64,000 bases of DNA. Source: Octopus sinensis. Its lineage: Eukaryota. Positions 50,645 to 64,000 of the stretch are shown piece by piece. The translations under genes and the position numbers were made by a program. Within the stretch, counting starts at the first letter, position 1; every line of letters starts with the position of its first letter. The notes under the pieces were generated by a model. It was not told where the DNA came from, made no database searches, and saw only the letters and a list, made by a program, of their open reading frames with translations. The DNA lies in NCBI RefSeq assembly GCF_006345805.1, contig NC_043002.1, positions 75,950,001 through 76,014,000 of the forward strand, in the 5' to 3' direction.

Positions 50645-51130
50645 TACCTAACCTTCCTCTTCAAATGATATTTGAAGAAATTGATGAGGGCTTGACAAAT
50701 AGGAATATGCCTGTCTTCAAACCGTTCAGACGGGTCCACCACACAGCGTCTTTTGCTATAGCCATTAGGCAGAGAAAAATCTGCATTCCTTCTCTGTTAA
50801 GTGAAGGTGCTGCGTCGATCTTCACTATATATATGGCAGACAGCTGAATTCTTATTACACGCGGCAATAGCTGCCCCACACAAGCTTTCTAATATACGGA
50901 CACTGAATTATTGGATATAGTACGGTTTCGTCCCCCTGCAAACATCTCGGGCATGTTTGGCTTTCGGCGATTCTATGCCTGAAGAGCTTGTCTCGAATCG
51001 GCAATGCTCCTCTGTAGCACTGTCAAGTCAAACACTTTTGGAAATTTTCCATGATCTTCGACCCGAAGGTCTGGCAGAGACTACTCAGACTGCTTTTGTC
51101 AATGCCTCGATTCAATCCTAGGCCATCATC
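50645..51130 (-). mobile_element. L1/Tx1-clade ORF2 C-terminal fragment
   Basis: PSLNREGMQIFLCLMAIAKDAVWWTRLNGLKT resembles the Tx1-like 'K..IW..R' C-terminus. Confidence 0.5.
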
Positions 51131-51189
51131 ACTGATACCCTCAACTAACCCTCTATAGAAACCATGGGTCTATAAATGATGATGATGAC

Positions 51190-51231
<42 letters not shown>

Positions 51232-51624
51232 AATAATAATAATAATAATAACTGATGGTGGAATTAATACAAAAAATAATAACAATTATTATCATTGCTG
51301 ATGATGTTTTGTCGTTATAATCTGAAGCTTTTTGAATTGTAAATCTCTGTTTCTCATCAATCAAACACTTAGATGAGAGAAACAGCGCGACAATATATAA
51401 GCAAAGATGTTATAAAACACAGCATAACATGATTAATCACTGAGACATGACTGGATGGTGAGAAAGCATTTGTAGATGCGTCACCATTCGTTTGTTCTAT
51501 TATCACGCGTTGAAGACAAATCGTCGAAACAAAATGAATGCAGTTATGCGATAATCGGGGTAACGGTGGTGCAATATCTTTGACTTTAATACTGATGTAG
51601 TTAATATTAGTTTCAAATGTTTGC

Positions 51625-51830
51625 ACAAGGCCAGGAATTTTTAGAGCTAAGTCGATAACATCGACCACAGTGCTTAAACAGGTACTTTTTTTATCGACCC
51701 CCCACCAAAGGATATAAAAGGCAAAGTCGATCCAATCGGAATTTGATGTCAGAACGTAAAGACGGACGAAATGCCGTTAAGCATTTTGCCCGGTGTGCTA
51801 ACGACTCTGCCTACTCACCGCCCGCTGATA
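51625..51830 (-). mobile_element. SINE family B
   Basis: Core and head present, diverged. Confidence 0.75.
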
Positions 51831-52315
51831 TTGTTAATAGACAGTTTTGTTAATTATATATATTATGATTACAGGGACTTTTCAAATAACAGCAATACAA
51901 AGTATATCACCCTTACAACGGTTTTTGTGCATTTACAGAGAATACCAAAATATCTTACACAGGATCTTGTATTTAGGACTTCCCAATAAGTTATGAATAC
52001 CCAAACTGTGAAGTCAGTTATGTAATAACATGAAATTAGTTAGACGATAGTAGGAATTCAAATAATGTAGCCTCGAAAAGGGCTTTAATGCATTCCCAGA
52101 GAATATTACCCTCAGGGGCGCTAGTGTTCGTATATTCGTGAATAATTCACTAACCTAAATAAGTGGATCTATTGTTTAGGAAAATACTATTTACTTGTTT
52201 ACGGGTTATGCTGTATAAATTGCAAAAATAGCTCTAACAGTTGAAATACTAAGAAATAAGCACACTCGATTTAATTTTATATAAGGAAATTATATATAAA
52301 GAAATTATATATAAG

Positions 52316-52548
52316 AAAAGGCGGCGAGCTGGCAGAAACGTTAGCACGCCGGGCGAAATGCGTTGCCGTATTTCGTCTGCCGTTACGTTCCGAGTTCAAA
52401 TTCCGCCGAGGTCGACTTTGCCTTTCTTCCTTCCGGGGTCGATAAATTAAGTACCAGTTACGCACTGGGGTCGATGTAATCGACTTAATCCCTTTGTCTG
52501 TCCTTGTTTGTCTCCTCTGTGTTTAGCCCCTTGTGGGTAGTAAAGAAA
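52316..52548 (+). mobile_element. SINE family B monomer, well preserved
   Basis: aaggcggcgagctggcagaaacgttagc..gttcaaattcc..tgtgggtagtaaagaaata. Confidence 0.9.
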
Positions 52549-52574
52549 TATATATATAAGAAAATTATATATAA

Positions 52575-52752
52575 GGATCCCTTTCAGGGGACCTCTTATC
52601 GATCTTTTCAACAATCTGAGTATGTCATGAAGTTTCCAGACATGAGTTCTACTCACGTGTCAAGTTTCATCAAAATCGATAAAACGATATAAGAGGAGTT
52701 AGCTAACAACTCCACAAACACACCCACAGACAAAATTTCCATATATATATAT
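52575..52752 (+). mobile_element. Possible Helentron/DINE-like non-autonomous 3' part
   Basis: aagtttcatcaaaatcga..gaggagtt..acagacaaa pattern typical of HINE/DINE elements. Confidence 0.35.
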
Positions 52753-52864
52753 TACCAAATGAATAAGTAATGGACGATACAATCGTTAATATAGTACGTA
52801 TGTATATATACGTCTATATGTGTGTGTGTGTGTGTGTACGTACGTATAACGAATAAATATATTA

Positions 52865-52898
<34 letters not shown>

Positions 52899-54789
52899 AT
52901 ACATATATACACATATAGATATACATATGTATATATATAAATAAATGTATTTATATATACATATATACACATATATGTACGTATACATAGATACGTGCGT
53001 ACATACATAGATACATGCGTACGCACGTACATGCATACATACATACGTGCATACATGCATAAGTACATGGATATGTAGGCATAAATTGCTCTTTAGTCAC
53101 ATGTAAATACGAAAATATGTTTAAATGTTTGTTTTTGTTATTGTTTGTCGTTGTGCGTATTTGGATAGGAAATGCATCCATTTGCTCGCGCAAATGTTTG
53201 TGTGTGTACAATTTTTCTGTTCTTGTGTCTGTTTGTCTCTCTAATACTCTCTCACTCTCTCTATCTGTGTGTGTGAGCGTGTGTGTGTGTCTGTACGCAG
53301 ACAATCATAATCATAATACACACACACACACACACACATAATCATATATGTACATATTATATATCTATGTGTGTATACATATACAGACTTACGTATTTAT
53401 ACATACACACACATACATACATATATGCGTGCGCATAATACATATATATTACCAGAGAGACACATACATATATATATGTGTGTGTATATATTTGTATAGG
53501 TTAATATTATTCTATTTACTGCTTTTATATAAAGCTTAATGAGATGATAATTCTCCGCCCATGGCTCCTATGTTATTTTTTGTTCTTTATTCTTTTTATC
53601 TTGATTTACATGTTTCAGTAGGTTTTATTTCCACGCTCTTTTCCCTCTCAACTGCTCTTTATTTGGGATCTCAGAAAAGGTTAATTGATAGACCCTTCTT
53701 TGATTCTCAAAACCTCCCGACATTCGCTAGTGTTTTCATTTTCCCACAGTGTATCAAAGAAGTTATGTTATCTATGTCATATCGTTGACTTTTATATTAT
53801 TGTACAACATATATTATATTTCATTATAATATACGTATGAGTTCGATGCCGGTGGTAATATGTGATCGGGCATTAAAAACGGCAAGATGGCAGAAACGTT
53901 AGCACGCTGGGCAAAATGCTTAGCGGCATTTCGTCTGTGTTCAAAATCTGGTTGAGTTTGCCTCACCTTTTCGTGATCGATAGAGTAAGTACCATTTGAG
54001 TACCGGGATCGATGTTATTGATTTACCCCCTCACATGTGATGCAAAAATATGGGAAGAAAACGTTGGATACCGCTGGTGTACAGCATACATTTTATTTCA
54101 TTACATGAGGTCGATGGGGCGGTTGTAGGAATTCAAATAAAGTCGCATCGAAAAGGGCTTTAATGCGTTCCCTGAGTATATAGAACATAAAAGGAAATAC
54201 TAATGAGGTATGTATACTAAGATCGTGAAGCATGTTACGTAACAACAATTCAAAGTAAATAACTCTGGAAAGGGCTTTTGTGCGTTCCCAGACAATATTA
54301 CCCTCAGGGGTGCTAGTGTTGGAGTATATTCGTGAATATGTCACTAACCAAATTAAGTGGATCTATTGTAATAGGGAGTTGGACAAAATGTTTTGTAATA
54401 TTTATAGCTAAGTATGTTCAGCATTCTGTTCCAAGTCCCATCAAGACCAATGCTATTCATATTGTCTGGGATAGATAAAATAAAGTACCTGTAAAAGCTT
54501 GGGTTCATATAAACGAGTGTTCCCGTCCTCTATTTTAAACCTTGTATTTCCGGAAGACATCAATGACGGTGGATTGGTAGAATCGTTAGAGTAACAAGCC
54601 AAATGCCTGGTGATATTTGATTTAGTAGTTTACTTTGCAAGTTCAAATCCCGTAAAGGCCTTCTATAGCTTTCATCTTGACGATGCCGATAAAATAAAGT
54701 ACCGATCGAGTACTGGGACTGATTTAATTGATAAGCACCACACCTTAAATTGTAGTCGTGTGCCCATGTTAGAAATTAAGCTAGCAGTA

Positions 54790-55190
54790 ACGTTAGCACG
54801 CCGGGCGAAATGCGTAGCCGTAATTCGTCTGCCGTTACGTTCTGAGGTCAAATTCCGCCGAGGTCGACTTTGCTTTTCATCCTTTCGGGGTCGATAAATT
54901 AAGTACCAGTTACGCACTGGGGTCGATACAATCGACTAATCCGTGTCTGTATTTGTTTGTCTCCTATATGTTTAGCACCTTGTGAGTAGTAAAGAAATAG
55001 GTATTTCGTCTGCCGTTACGTTCTGAGTTCAAATTCCACCGAGGACGACTTTGCTTTTCATCCTTTCGGGGTCGATAAATTTAGTACCAGTTGCGTACTG
55101 GGGTCGATGTAATCGACTTAATCCGTTTGCCTGTCCTTGTTTGTCTCCTCTATGTTTAGCCCTTTGTGGGCAATAAAGAAATAAGAAATT
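54790..55190 (+). mobile_element. SINE family B dimer
   Basis: Junction aaagaaataggtatttcg at 54991-55008; second tail gggcaataaagaaataa. Confidence 0.88.
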
Positions 55191-55774
55191 ATAATTTATA
55201 CGATTGGCACCGACAATGGTAACCAAATTCCTGGCAGTGTTTTGTTCATTCGTACCAACATATTCTATGTTCGAATCACACCGAGGTCAATTTCATATTT
55301 GAAACTTTTTTGGTGTTGATAGGATATGTATCAAGAAGTCAAGTATTTAATTCTTTATTGCTCACAAGGGATTAAACATAATAACTGGTACTTATTTAAT
55401 CGACCCCAAAAGGATGGAAGGCAAAATCGACCTCGGCGGAATTTGAACTCAGAACGTAGCGGAAGACGAAATACCGCTAAGCATTGGTGTCGATCTAATC
55501 AACCATTTCCCTACCCTACGACATATAGTAGTGTATCTAAGTTAACCTTTTATCTCTTACCCTTTACGTGTTTCAGCCAATGGGTTGCGACCGCTAATTC
55601 CATTTCAATAACCACAGAAGTCACAACAACCAATTTCTCATCTTCCACCAAAAATTAAAGTCGTTATTTGTTGACAAACGAAAGCCTTATAAATACCATA
55701 TAAACCAACATCATCATAATCATCAACAGCAGCAGCAGCAGGTTTCACTGAATTGCTGTTGCTGTTGAGCGTAG

Positions 55775-56148
55775 CGGTCTTCATTCCAGAGCACGCAAGA
55801 TCGCGCCTTTGTTGTGGGAGAAGTCCGATACGAGATCCTTTGCTATTCGTAAGATCCGCAGAAGAAAAAGCAGGTCAACCCCCGACACCGTGAGCATCGA
55901 AGGATGGATGAATGCGCATCCAGGCTCAGCGGTTGCGTAGGAAGTCGGGACAAGAAACAGGAAGAAAGAGTGAGAGAAAGTTGGTGCGAAAGAGTACAAC
56001 AGGGGTCGCCACCACCCCCTGCCGGAGCCTCGTGGAGCTTTGGGTGTTTTCGCTCAATAAACACACACAACGCCCGGTCTGGGAATCGAAACCGCGATCC
56101 TCTGACCGCGAGTCCGCTGCTCTAACCATTGGGCCATTACGCCTCCAC
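55775..56148 (-). mobile_element. tRNA-derived SINE family D, apparently full-length
   Basis: A box TGGCCCAATGG, B box GTTTCGATTCC, GC-rich body, tail running into (CAA/CAG)-like repeats. Confidence 0.85.
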
Positions 56149-56584
56149 TGCTGTTGCTGTTGTTTTCATTGTTGTTGGTTACGGGGTAGTAGTGTTGCTC
56201 TACTACTACTTCAACTTCTTTTTTTCTTTTTCTCCTCCCCTTCTCTCCGTCTTCGTCCTCCACCTTCAACCCCCTTTCCTCTTTTGTCTGCTCCCACCTT
56301 TTTTCTCCGACTCTATGCATTTCTACCATTACCTTCTGGCTTAAGTGAGAAGACGAGCATTGACGATGATAGAAACATTTGGTTCAGACTCGTCGCGCCA
56401 ACTGACTCAACAAAGCCCGTGCTTTTATATGGGAATGTTGTAACCTACACTGAATGGTGACCACGGGCATCTCTGATGTTGTGGTCCTAAATACCTACAA
56501 AGCTGCTTCATCGCCTGATGTGACGACGAAGTCTGTATTCCAAGATGGAGTGCAGCAGTCGCTTCAGTATGTGTTTACACGAAA

Positions 56585-57247
56585 ACTTCTTCTTCTTCTT
56601 CTTCTTCTACTACAACAACTACTACTACTACTACTACAAATTTTCTTTTTCTTCCCCCTCTTCGTCTCTATCCTCCTTTTTCTTCTCTTTTTCCTTTCCT
56701 CATCCTCATCCCCCTGCTCCTCCTCATCCTTCTCCTCCTTCTCCTACCCTGCTCCTCCTTCTCCCCCTCCTCCTCCTTCTTCTTCCGCTTCTTCCACTTC
56801 TTCCTTCTCTTCTCCTTTCTCCTTTTCTCCTCCTCCTCTTCTTTTTCTTTTCTTCTTCTTCCTAATCTCCTCCTCCTCATTCTTTTTTTTCTCCCTCTCC
56901 CCCTTTTCTCTTTCTTCGTATCTTTCTCCTACTTCTTCCTGCTTCTTCCTTCTTTATTTTCTTCCTCTTCTTCCTTTACTCCTCCTCATTCTTCTTCCAC
57001 TTCTCCCCGCCTTTCTTCTTCTCTTTCTTCGTATTCTTCTTCTTTTTCTGCTTCTTCCTTCTTTACTTTCTTCCGCTTCTCCTCCTCCTACTTCTTCCAC
57101 TTCTCCCCTCCTTTTTTCTTCTCTTTCTTATTATTTTCCTTCTTCTTTCTGCTTCTTCCTTCTTTACTTTCTTTCTCTTCTTCTCCTTCTTTATCCTCTT
57201 CTTCCACTTCTCCTTTTCTTCTTTATATTCTTCTTCTTCTTTTTCTT

Positions 57248-57278
<31 letters not shown>

Positions 57279-57488
57279 TTCTTCTTCTCCGCCTCCTCCT
57301 CCTCCTCCTCCTCCCCCTCCTTCTGCTTTTACACACTCTTTTTTCTTTTCTTCTTCTTCTCTTCTTCTTCTTCTTCTTTTCTTCTTCTTCTTCTCTTCTT
57401 CTTCTTCTCCTCCTCCTCCTCCTCCTCCTCTCTTTTTCTTTCTTCTTCTTCTTCTCCTCCTCCTCCTTCTCCTCCATCTTCGTTCTTC
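56585..57488 (+). repeat. ~900-bp polypyrimidine (CTT/CCT)n tract
   Basis: Read directly; internal larger repeats, e.g. ctgcttcttccttctttactttc near 57045 and 57150. Confidence 0.95.
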
Positions 57489-57889
57489 AAAGTGCATCGA
57501 GTAAATGACTCGAATGCATGATTAATATAACACGCAAATGCAGATAAATATCAACGACAGCGACGACGACAATAACAAGATAATCCTGAGTGTAGGATTC
57601 AGAACATGTGGCCTACACAAGATCATGACCACCGTATGCAGAGATCTGATGACCAGCAACACATTTATCCAATGAAAACTGTAGGTCCTTTATTTAGGAG
57701 AGACATTAGTGCAGCTACACCGGTGGTTTTGTCACGTCCATAGACAAGGCAAAACTCAGTTGACAGAGCAAATACTCTATTCACAATTATCTTGTACGAA
57801 AAATCAGGATTGGCCACGACTGAGGAAGAAAGATATAAGTCCCATGAATGATCATGGGATTGCACTTAAAAAGTTACCTTCCAAGGCAT

Positions 57890-58155
57890 AAATCCGGGCA
57901 AGGTTGTTTATGGAAGACCAGCAGTCACCCATGCATGCCAGCCTCCCCTCTTCACGCCCCCTATATTACCCAAGGGAAAGGGCAAGGCCAATACAACTAG
58001 GCATCAGTAACGTCGCATCTCGTTTCTACAACTGAGTGAACTGGATCAGCGTGGAATACAATGTCTTGCTCAATAACACAACACAGCCCGGTCCAGGAAT
58101 CGAATTCACTACCTCATGATTGTGTGGCTGACGCTCTAACTACTGAGCAATGCAT
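57890..58155 (-). mobile_element. Diverged tRNA-derived SINE with a family-C-like core
   Basis: Head tgctcagtagttagagcg..gaattcgattcc, core gtgttattgagcaagaca..gatccagttcactcagttg. Confidence 0.7.
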
Positions 58156-58354
58156 ATATACTTATATGCATACATGCATGTACCTTTGAAAATATATGAG
58201 TAATGATGAGTGAGTCATTAAGTGCCTCCCTACAAATATATATATATATACTCAATACAATGTACGTGTTTATGCACAAACACGTATTTGTATGTGTTTG
58301 TGTATATATACAGGCACACACACACGCACACACACACGCACACACACACACATA

Positions 58355-58412
<58 letters not shown>

Positions 58413-58547
58413 TATATATATATATATACAAGGACACACACATATACATACATACACACATACATACTTACATACATACATACATAATATATACATACAT
58501 ATATACATAATACATACACACATAATACATAGATACATACATATACA

Positions 58548-58702
58548 ACGTTTTACTTTCAGTTTCCATCTTTTAAATACAATCAGAAGGTTCTCGTTAG
58601 ACGGAAGCGAAGAGAAAAGGACGTTTGCCCAAGGCCCCACGCACGGACTGAAATCGGATCCTTGTGGTTGAGACGCAAACTTTTAAACCACACAGCCACG
58701 CC
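58548..58702 (-). mobile_element. SINE family A head fragment
   Basis: ggcgtggctgtgtggtt. Confidence 0.65.
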
Positions 58703-59069
58703 TATATATACTTACATATGTTCACACATATAATATTCAGAGTAAAAAAAAAATGGAGAACGAAAAAAACAACATTGGCTTGGGTACAGAAATCTTGAGA
58801 AGAAAAATTAGAAGGATAGGCGACGAAAAGGAGGAGTGTAAATAAAAAAAAAAAGAAAAGAAGGAAGTGAAATATAAAAGAATAAAACAAAATAAACTAA
58901 AATGTAAGAAATATACGAATATATAAACGAAGTATATAAAACAACAACAAAAAATAAACGCAAATACGTAAAAAAAAAAACTACAAAAAGATAAATTAGA
59001 ATAGAGATAGCGTTGGAAAAACGAACGATAATGCATTTTACCCGGGATAAATAATAACTATAAAACGTA

Positions 59070-59120
<51 letters not shown>

Positions 59121-59279
59121 TATATCTATATATATCACATATATGTACGTCTCTCTCCCTCTATATATATAAGCATATATATATATAATATATTATATAT
59201 ATATATATACATACATATATATATATACATACATACATAATATATATATATATATATATCTATATATATATATATATAG

Positions 59280-59322
<43 letters not shown>

Positions 59323-59420
59323 ATATATAGATATGTATATATGTATATATATATATATGTATATATACAAATATCTATATGTGTATATATATATATGTGT
59401 ATATATATATATGTATATAT

Positions 59421-59466
<46 letters not shown>

Positions 59467-59478
59467 TATATATGTATG

Positions 59479-59510
<32 letters not shown>

Positions 59511-59550
59511 ATATATATATTATATATATATATATGCTTATATGTATGTA
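59070..59550. repeat. (TA)n-rich tract
   Basis: Read directly from the sequence. Confidence 0.95.
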
Positions 59551-60404
59551 TGTAAAAACGTGGAATAAGATAAAGACAGAAGTGTTGAAATCTCAGTTAA
59601 ACTGCTGAAGTGCTATGAAGCACATCTCTCTGACGACATGCATACTATATAAGTTAATGTGCAAATCATTGCCTTAAGATACGGTGCATCAAAATGATGC
59701 ACATATAGATTTAATGCACGTATAAAGCGTAGGTCCACGGGTGCGTATGCGCATATTCACACGTTGGCATGCATCCACATACAAAGTATAGACAAAACAT
59801 TGAGAAATAAGTACACACATAGATATATATACATGTGCGTTGCCTACTCATGCTCTTGCCGGTGCTGGAGAAGCATATTAAATGGAAAAAAGACACGGGT
59901 TGTGGGAAGAGGAGGAAATGAGTATATGAGATGCTTGTAGAATAAGCAAAATGCATTTATGTATGTATGTGTATGTATATATATAATATGTGTGTGTGTG
60001 TGTATACATACATACACACATATATATACATACATGTATATACATATATATGTATAACATATATATATATATTTCACTCTGTATTCACATTGAGGAAGGT
60101 CGGTATAAATGCATAAATTCACAAATGCTTATATACATGCATGCGTATAGAAACACGCACCCCCCCACACACACGCACACGCACGCACACGCACGCACAC
60201 ACGTATACTTGCAGGGGGACAGGTAGTCACACATACACGCAGTCAACACGTACATATAAGTGAAATATATACGCATATATGCTCATGTATGCGTGCGTCC
60301 ATATACAGGCGTGCGTATGCTTGTACGCATATAATGATGTTTATATGCATAGATATGCCCATACACATCTATGTATCCATATATATATGTATAGGTATAT
60401 ATAT

Positions 60405-60453
<49 letters not shown>

Positions 60454-60859
60454 TATGCATGTATGAATGCAGGGAGAGTGAGATAAAATGAAAGAGAGAG
60501 TAGATAGAAAAAAAGAAAGCGAATGTATGAGATGGAGAATGAGCACTCGTAGATAGTTTTCTTAATACATGAATTTGTCTATGTAAGCAAGGGTACTTAG
60601 ATGCAGATAAAGATATAGACACACCTGTACGTAGGCACTTTGAATTTCTATGGCAACATCAATAATGTCACAACTACACCTAGGCTAATGAAATCTCTCT
60701 ACCTCGGTTTATTTGAAATCAAACATTTTTAGATTATAGCCTTCCTGAATATACCTACTTGCGATAGGATTTTTCTAACACTCTTTAGATTTATTTAGAT
60801 CTGTTATCTCGTGCGTCGTTATAAACAATTTCTCTCGATTCCGTTCGTCAAGCGACTTA

Positions 60860-61037
60860 TGACAAGCCGTAGCTGCCTGATCCAAAGATTGGTTTCCAAC
60901 CACATGGTTCCCGGTTCAGTCCTACCGCGTGGCACCTTGGGCGCAAGTGTCCTCTTCTGTAGCCTCGGGCCGACCAAAGCCTGGTGAGTGGATTTGGTAG
61001 ATGGAAACTGAAAGAAGCCCGTCGTATACATATACAT

Positions 61038-61097
<60 letters not shown>

Positions 61098-61111
61098 TGT
61101 ATGTATGTATG

Positions 61112-61154
<43 letters not shown>

Positions 61155-61610
61155 GTGTGTGTGTGTCTTTGCGTCCATGTTTCTCCCCATCACCACTTGA
61201 CAGCCGCTGTTGGTGTGTTTATGTCCCCATAACTTAGCGGTTCGACAAAAGAGAATAATAGAAATATCAGGTTAAAAAATGGTACTGGGGTCGATTTGTT
61301 TGATAAAATTTTTCCAGGCGGTGCCCCAGCATTGTCATAGCCTAATACCTGAAACAATTAAAAGATAAAAGATACAAACACACACATACACACACACACA
61401 CACACACATATATGTATGTATTGATAGATATATCTTTTTATCTTTTATATTTTATCTTTTACTTGTTTCAATCGTTGGACTGCGGCCAAGCTGGGGCTCC
61501 ATGTTGTACGGTTCAGTCAAACAAATCATTATAAGAAATTATTTTTGTTTTAATTTGGTTTTTATTCTAGCCCTCTTCGAACACTTCTTTTACCAGGACG
61601 TAAACAAACC
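60860..61610. mobile_element. SINE family A (+, 60860-61375) and a tail-to-tail 3' fragment (-, 61445-61610)
   Basis: Head, core and tail motifs as above. Confidence 0.82.
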
Positions 61611-61692
61611 AACACTGGAATTGTTCTGAAGTCAGTCGCCTATACGCCATGGAAACCGAGTAACCGACTTTATGTATCCCAGGAGTTAAAGT

Positions 61693-62068
61693 AAACAAGA
61701 GCACTCAGAGGAGTGCAAACATCCGCCAAGGCAACACCAACGTCCTCTCAACGATTAGCCAGAGATGATTTTTAAAATGAGAATATCTGAAAAAACTCGA
61801 CTACCCTCAAAAACGAGAATACTAAAAATGAACCCGGCCTCTCTAAAAAATTAAGTTAAAAATAACAAGAAAAATAATGTAGAATCCTTATCCGGTACCG
61901 GATTAATACCAAAATTTAATCAGTTCGTGCCAGTCACGAGGCCAAACATCCATGAAAGTTTCATTTGAATCCATCCAGCGGTTCTTGAGATATCTTGTCC
62001 ACGGACAAAAAACAAACTAACAACACGACTGAAAACAATACCTCTGCCATCGCCAAGGTGGAGGTAAT
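61693..62068 (+). mobile_element. Helentron-associated non-autonomous element (HINE-like)
   Basis: 5' aacaagagc..atccgccaaggc; 3' hairpin acctctgccatcgccaaggtggaggt; sub-terminal repeat ccgccaagg; internal aaagtttcatttgaatcc. Confidence 0.6.
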
Positions 62069-62216
62069 AAATAAGTACATGAATAAATAAATAGATATGA
62101 TAAATACCACCTTGTATAACAGCATCAAATTACCTTAAGCGGAATTCGATCCGTGGCAAGAATTCTGATCAGACTCTTAATTCCGGGTTTCTCACTGCCC
62201 CACTCATTTCTTGCAG

Positions 62217-62278
62217 ATAACATCCTGCAGATTATGGAGTTGTACAGGAGTCCTACCGCTGACACAGGTCTAAGATGA
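62217..62278 (+). CDS. Candidate short exon (51 nt to ACAG|gtctaa, or terminal exon to TGA), product unknown
   Basis: Acceptor ctcatttcttgcag|. Frame NILQIMELYRSPTADT(GLR*). Donor weak. Confidence 0.22.
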
Positions 62279-62429
62279 CATGTAAAGGTTATAAGTACAG
62301 TCATTCCTTCTTTTCTTCTTCTTCTAAATAGAAAGAAAAAAAATCGGAAGCGTAAGATATTATTAGTTTTATTGTCTTTTTATTACTTTGTTAGGACGAA
62401 AACGGAATTTCGTAACTCTTTATATATTT

Positions 62430-62658
62430 CTTTACTGCCCACAAGGGGCTAAACACAGAGGGGACAAACAAGGACAGACAGACGGATTAAGTCTATTACA
62501 TCGACCCCAGTGCGTAACTGGTACTTAATTTATCGACCCTGAAAGGATGAGAGGCAAAGTCGACCTCGGCGGAATTTGAACTCAGAACGTAACAGCAGAC
62601 GAAATACGGCTACGCATTTCGCCCGGCGTGCTAATGTTTCTACCAGCTCACCGCCTTT
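62430..62658 (-). mobile_element. SINE family B monomer
   Basis: Full head, core and tail. Confidence 0.88.
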
Positions 62659-62989
62659 CGTAACTCTTTATAGGGTTTCTGAAACTAGAGGGAATGAGTC
62701 AGGTGACCTTATATCTCCGAACGGGCGCCATTGATTATAATTGAATGGGCCCCCGCTAAAGACATTCAAGGAAAAAATGGCTTTGTAAAATAGGGTAACA
62801 GATTAATTCTACCAGCCAAATAGGCCAAAGCAAGACTGGAACTTGAAACGACACGAGCGGAAACAAAAGCTGAAAGACTATCACCAGTTCTCTGCCCTAG
62901 ATTGGTTCTTTTAGTTATGATGTTAGCAAGATTTGAACACAAGGTGCATGAAAATGGAATATATATTCTTTTCTATTATCAGCACAAGG

Positions 62990-63190
62990 CCCGAAATTTA
63001 ATTTTGTGGGGACGGGGATAATTGATTACATAGACCCCAGTGATCAACTGGTACTTCTTTTATCGAACTCTTCTCCGAAAGGATGAAAGGCAAACTCCAC
63101 CTCGGCGGCATTTATATTCAGAATGTAAAAACGGACATAATGCTGCTAAACACTTTTGTCTGACGTGCTAACTATTCTGCCTGCTAACCA
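62990..63190 (-). mobile_element. SINE family B, diverged
   Basis: Core aaggatgaaaggcaaa..cctcggcgg. Confidence 0.7.
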
Positions 63191-63681
63191 TTTTAAATGC
63201 AGGGTAACATTAACTACATTTATCCTCCATATTTGACACTGTGACAGTTAACACGGTAGATGGAGGATCAACTGTAAAGTGGCTGTATGTGATCGTCAGC
63301 AAGAGCAGCCAAGAAGCACCATATATCAGTTAATCCTCTGAAATTCTTATTACTGAAGGCTCTCATAGTTAAACATACAGTATATCATTTGCCTGTCAGG
63401 AACTAGTGCTGGCTGACCTGCGACTCTTTCCATTTTATTATCAAAGAAAACTGTATGAAACTTCTTTGCCTCGGCAACAATTGCTTCGTCGACCTCACTC
63501 CTCTATACAGCAGCAAAACAACCAAATCATAAGTAAATTTTGCCAATTCTTAAGCAATATAACTATCCTCTACAAGGCACTGAAACCATTTCACTATCAG
63601 AATATTTTTCCGAACTGGAATGACTGTCACAGCTTCCCAACACCAATCTACTTATGAATGTTGCGTAACATAATCAATGTA

Positions 63682-64000
63682 CGAGGGTCGGATGAAACGT
63701 TCATAGACCAATCAACATACTCTTTGAAACGTGACAAATGAGGTTTATTTTCAACATAGTCCCTTTTGCACACCACATACTTCTTCTATCTGTGCTGCAG
63801 TGCTTGGATCCCATTAGTGGTGAAGCCTTCATCCTGTTGGTCACAAGAGTCATCAATAGCAGATATGACATCATAGTCACTGTGGAGATTGGTTCCCATC
63901 TATGTGTCGTCTTATGTTGGAGAACAGATGATAGTGAGGACGGACCAAATCAGTAGGATAGTTACGGTGATCAACCAGTTCAAAGCCACAGTCATGCACA
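63682..64000 (-). mobile_element. mariner 3' end (runs off the window)
   Basis: TA|cgagggtcggatgaaacg TIR. Frameshifted GFELVDH..HLFSNI..GIQALQHR..DYVE. Confidence 0.8.

Noticed and set aside
54093-54344. Apparent conserved peptide (NILWE.IKALF.ATLFEFL) in three local repeats
   Set aside because: A 2-nt indel between copies breaks the frame and there are no matching splice sites.

Overview
Eukaryotic, very AT-rich, repeat-saturated DNA with one 100-N assembly gap (22025-22124). The SINE families look like those of Octopus genomes (recognised from memory, not from a search). No complete host gene is visible; there are only three weak micro-exon candidates, and most ORFs in the supplied track are microsatellite read-through. 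The window is a layered TE landscape. DNA elements: two long-TIR Tc1 (one with an apparent spliceosomal intron), two maT/DD37D, two mariner fragments, a piggyBac MITE and Helentron-type HINEs. Retroelements: two CR1-clade LINEs (one with a CCCH-finger ORF1 remnant), an RTE LINE, R4/Dong-type and L1/Tx1 fragments, Penelope-like (PLE) remnants and dozens of tRNA-derived SINEs. The most notable signal is a set of minimal type I hammerhead-ribozyme motifs with a palindromic stem III in several unrelated repeat families. One family joins a tRNA-derived Pol III promoter head to the hammerhead, a candidate ribozyme-bearing SINE. Coordinates were counted by eye and degenerate ends may be off by some bases.
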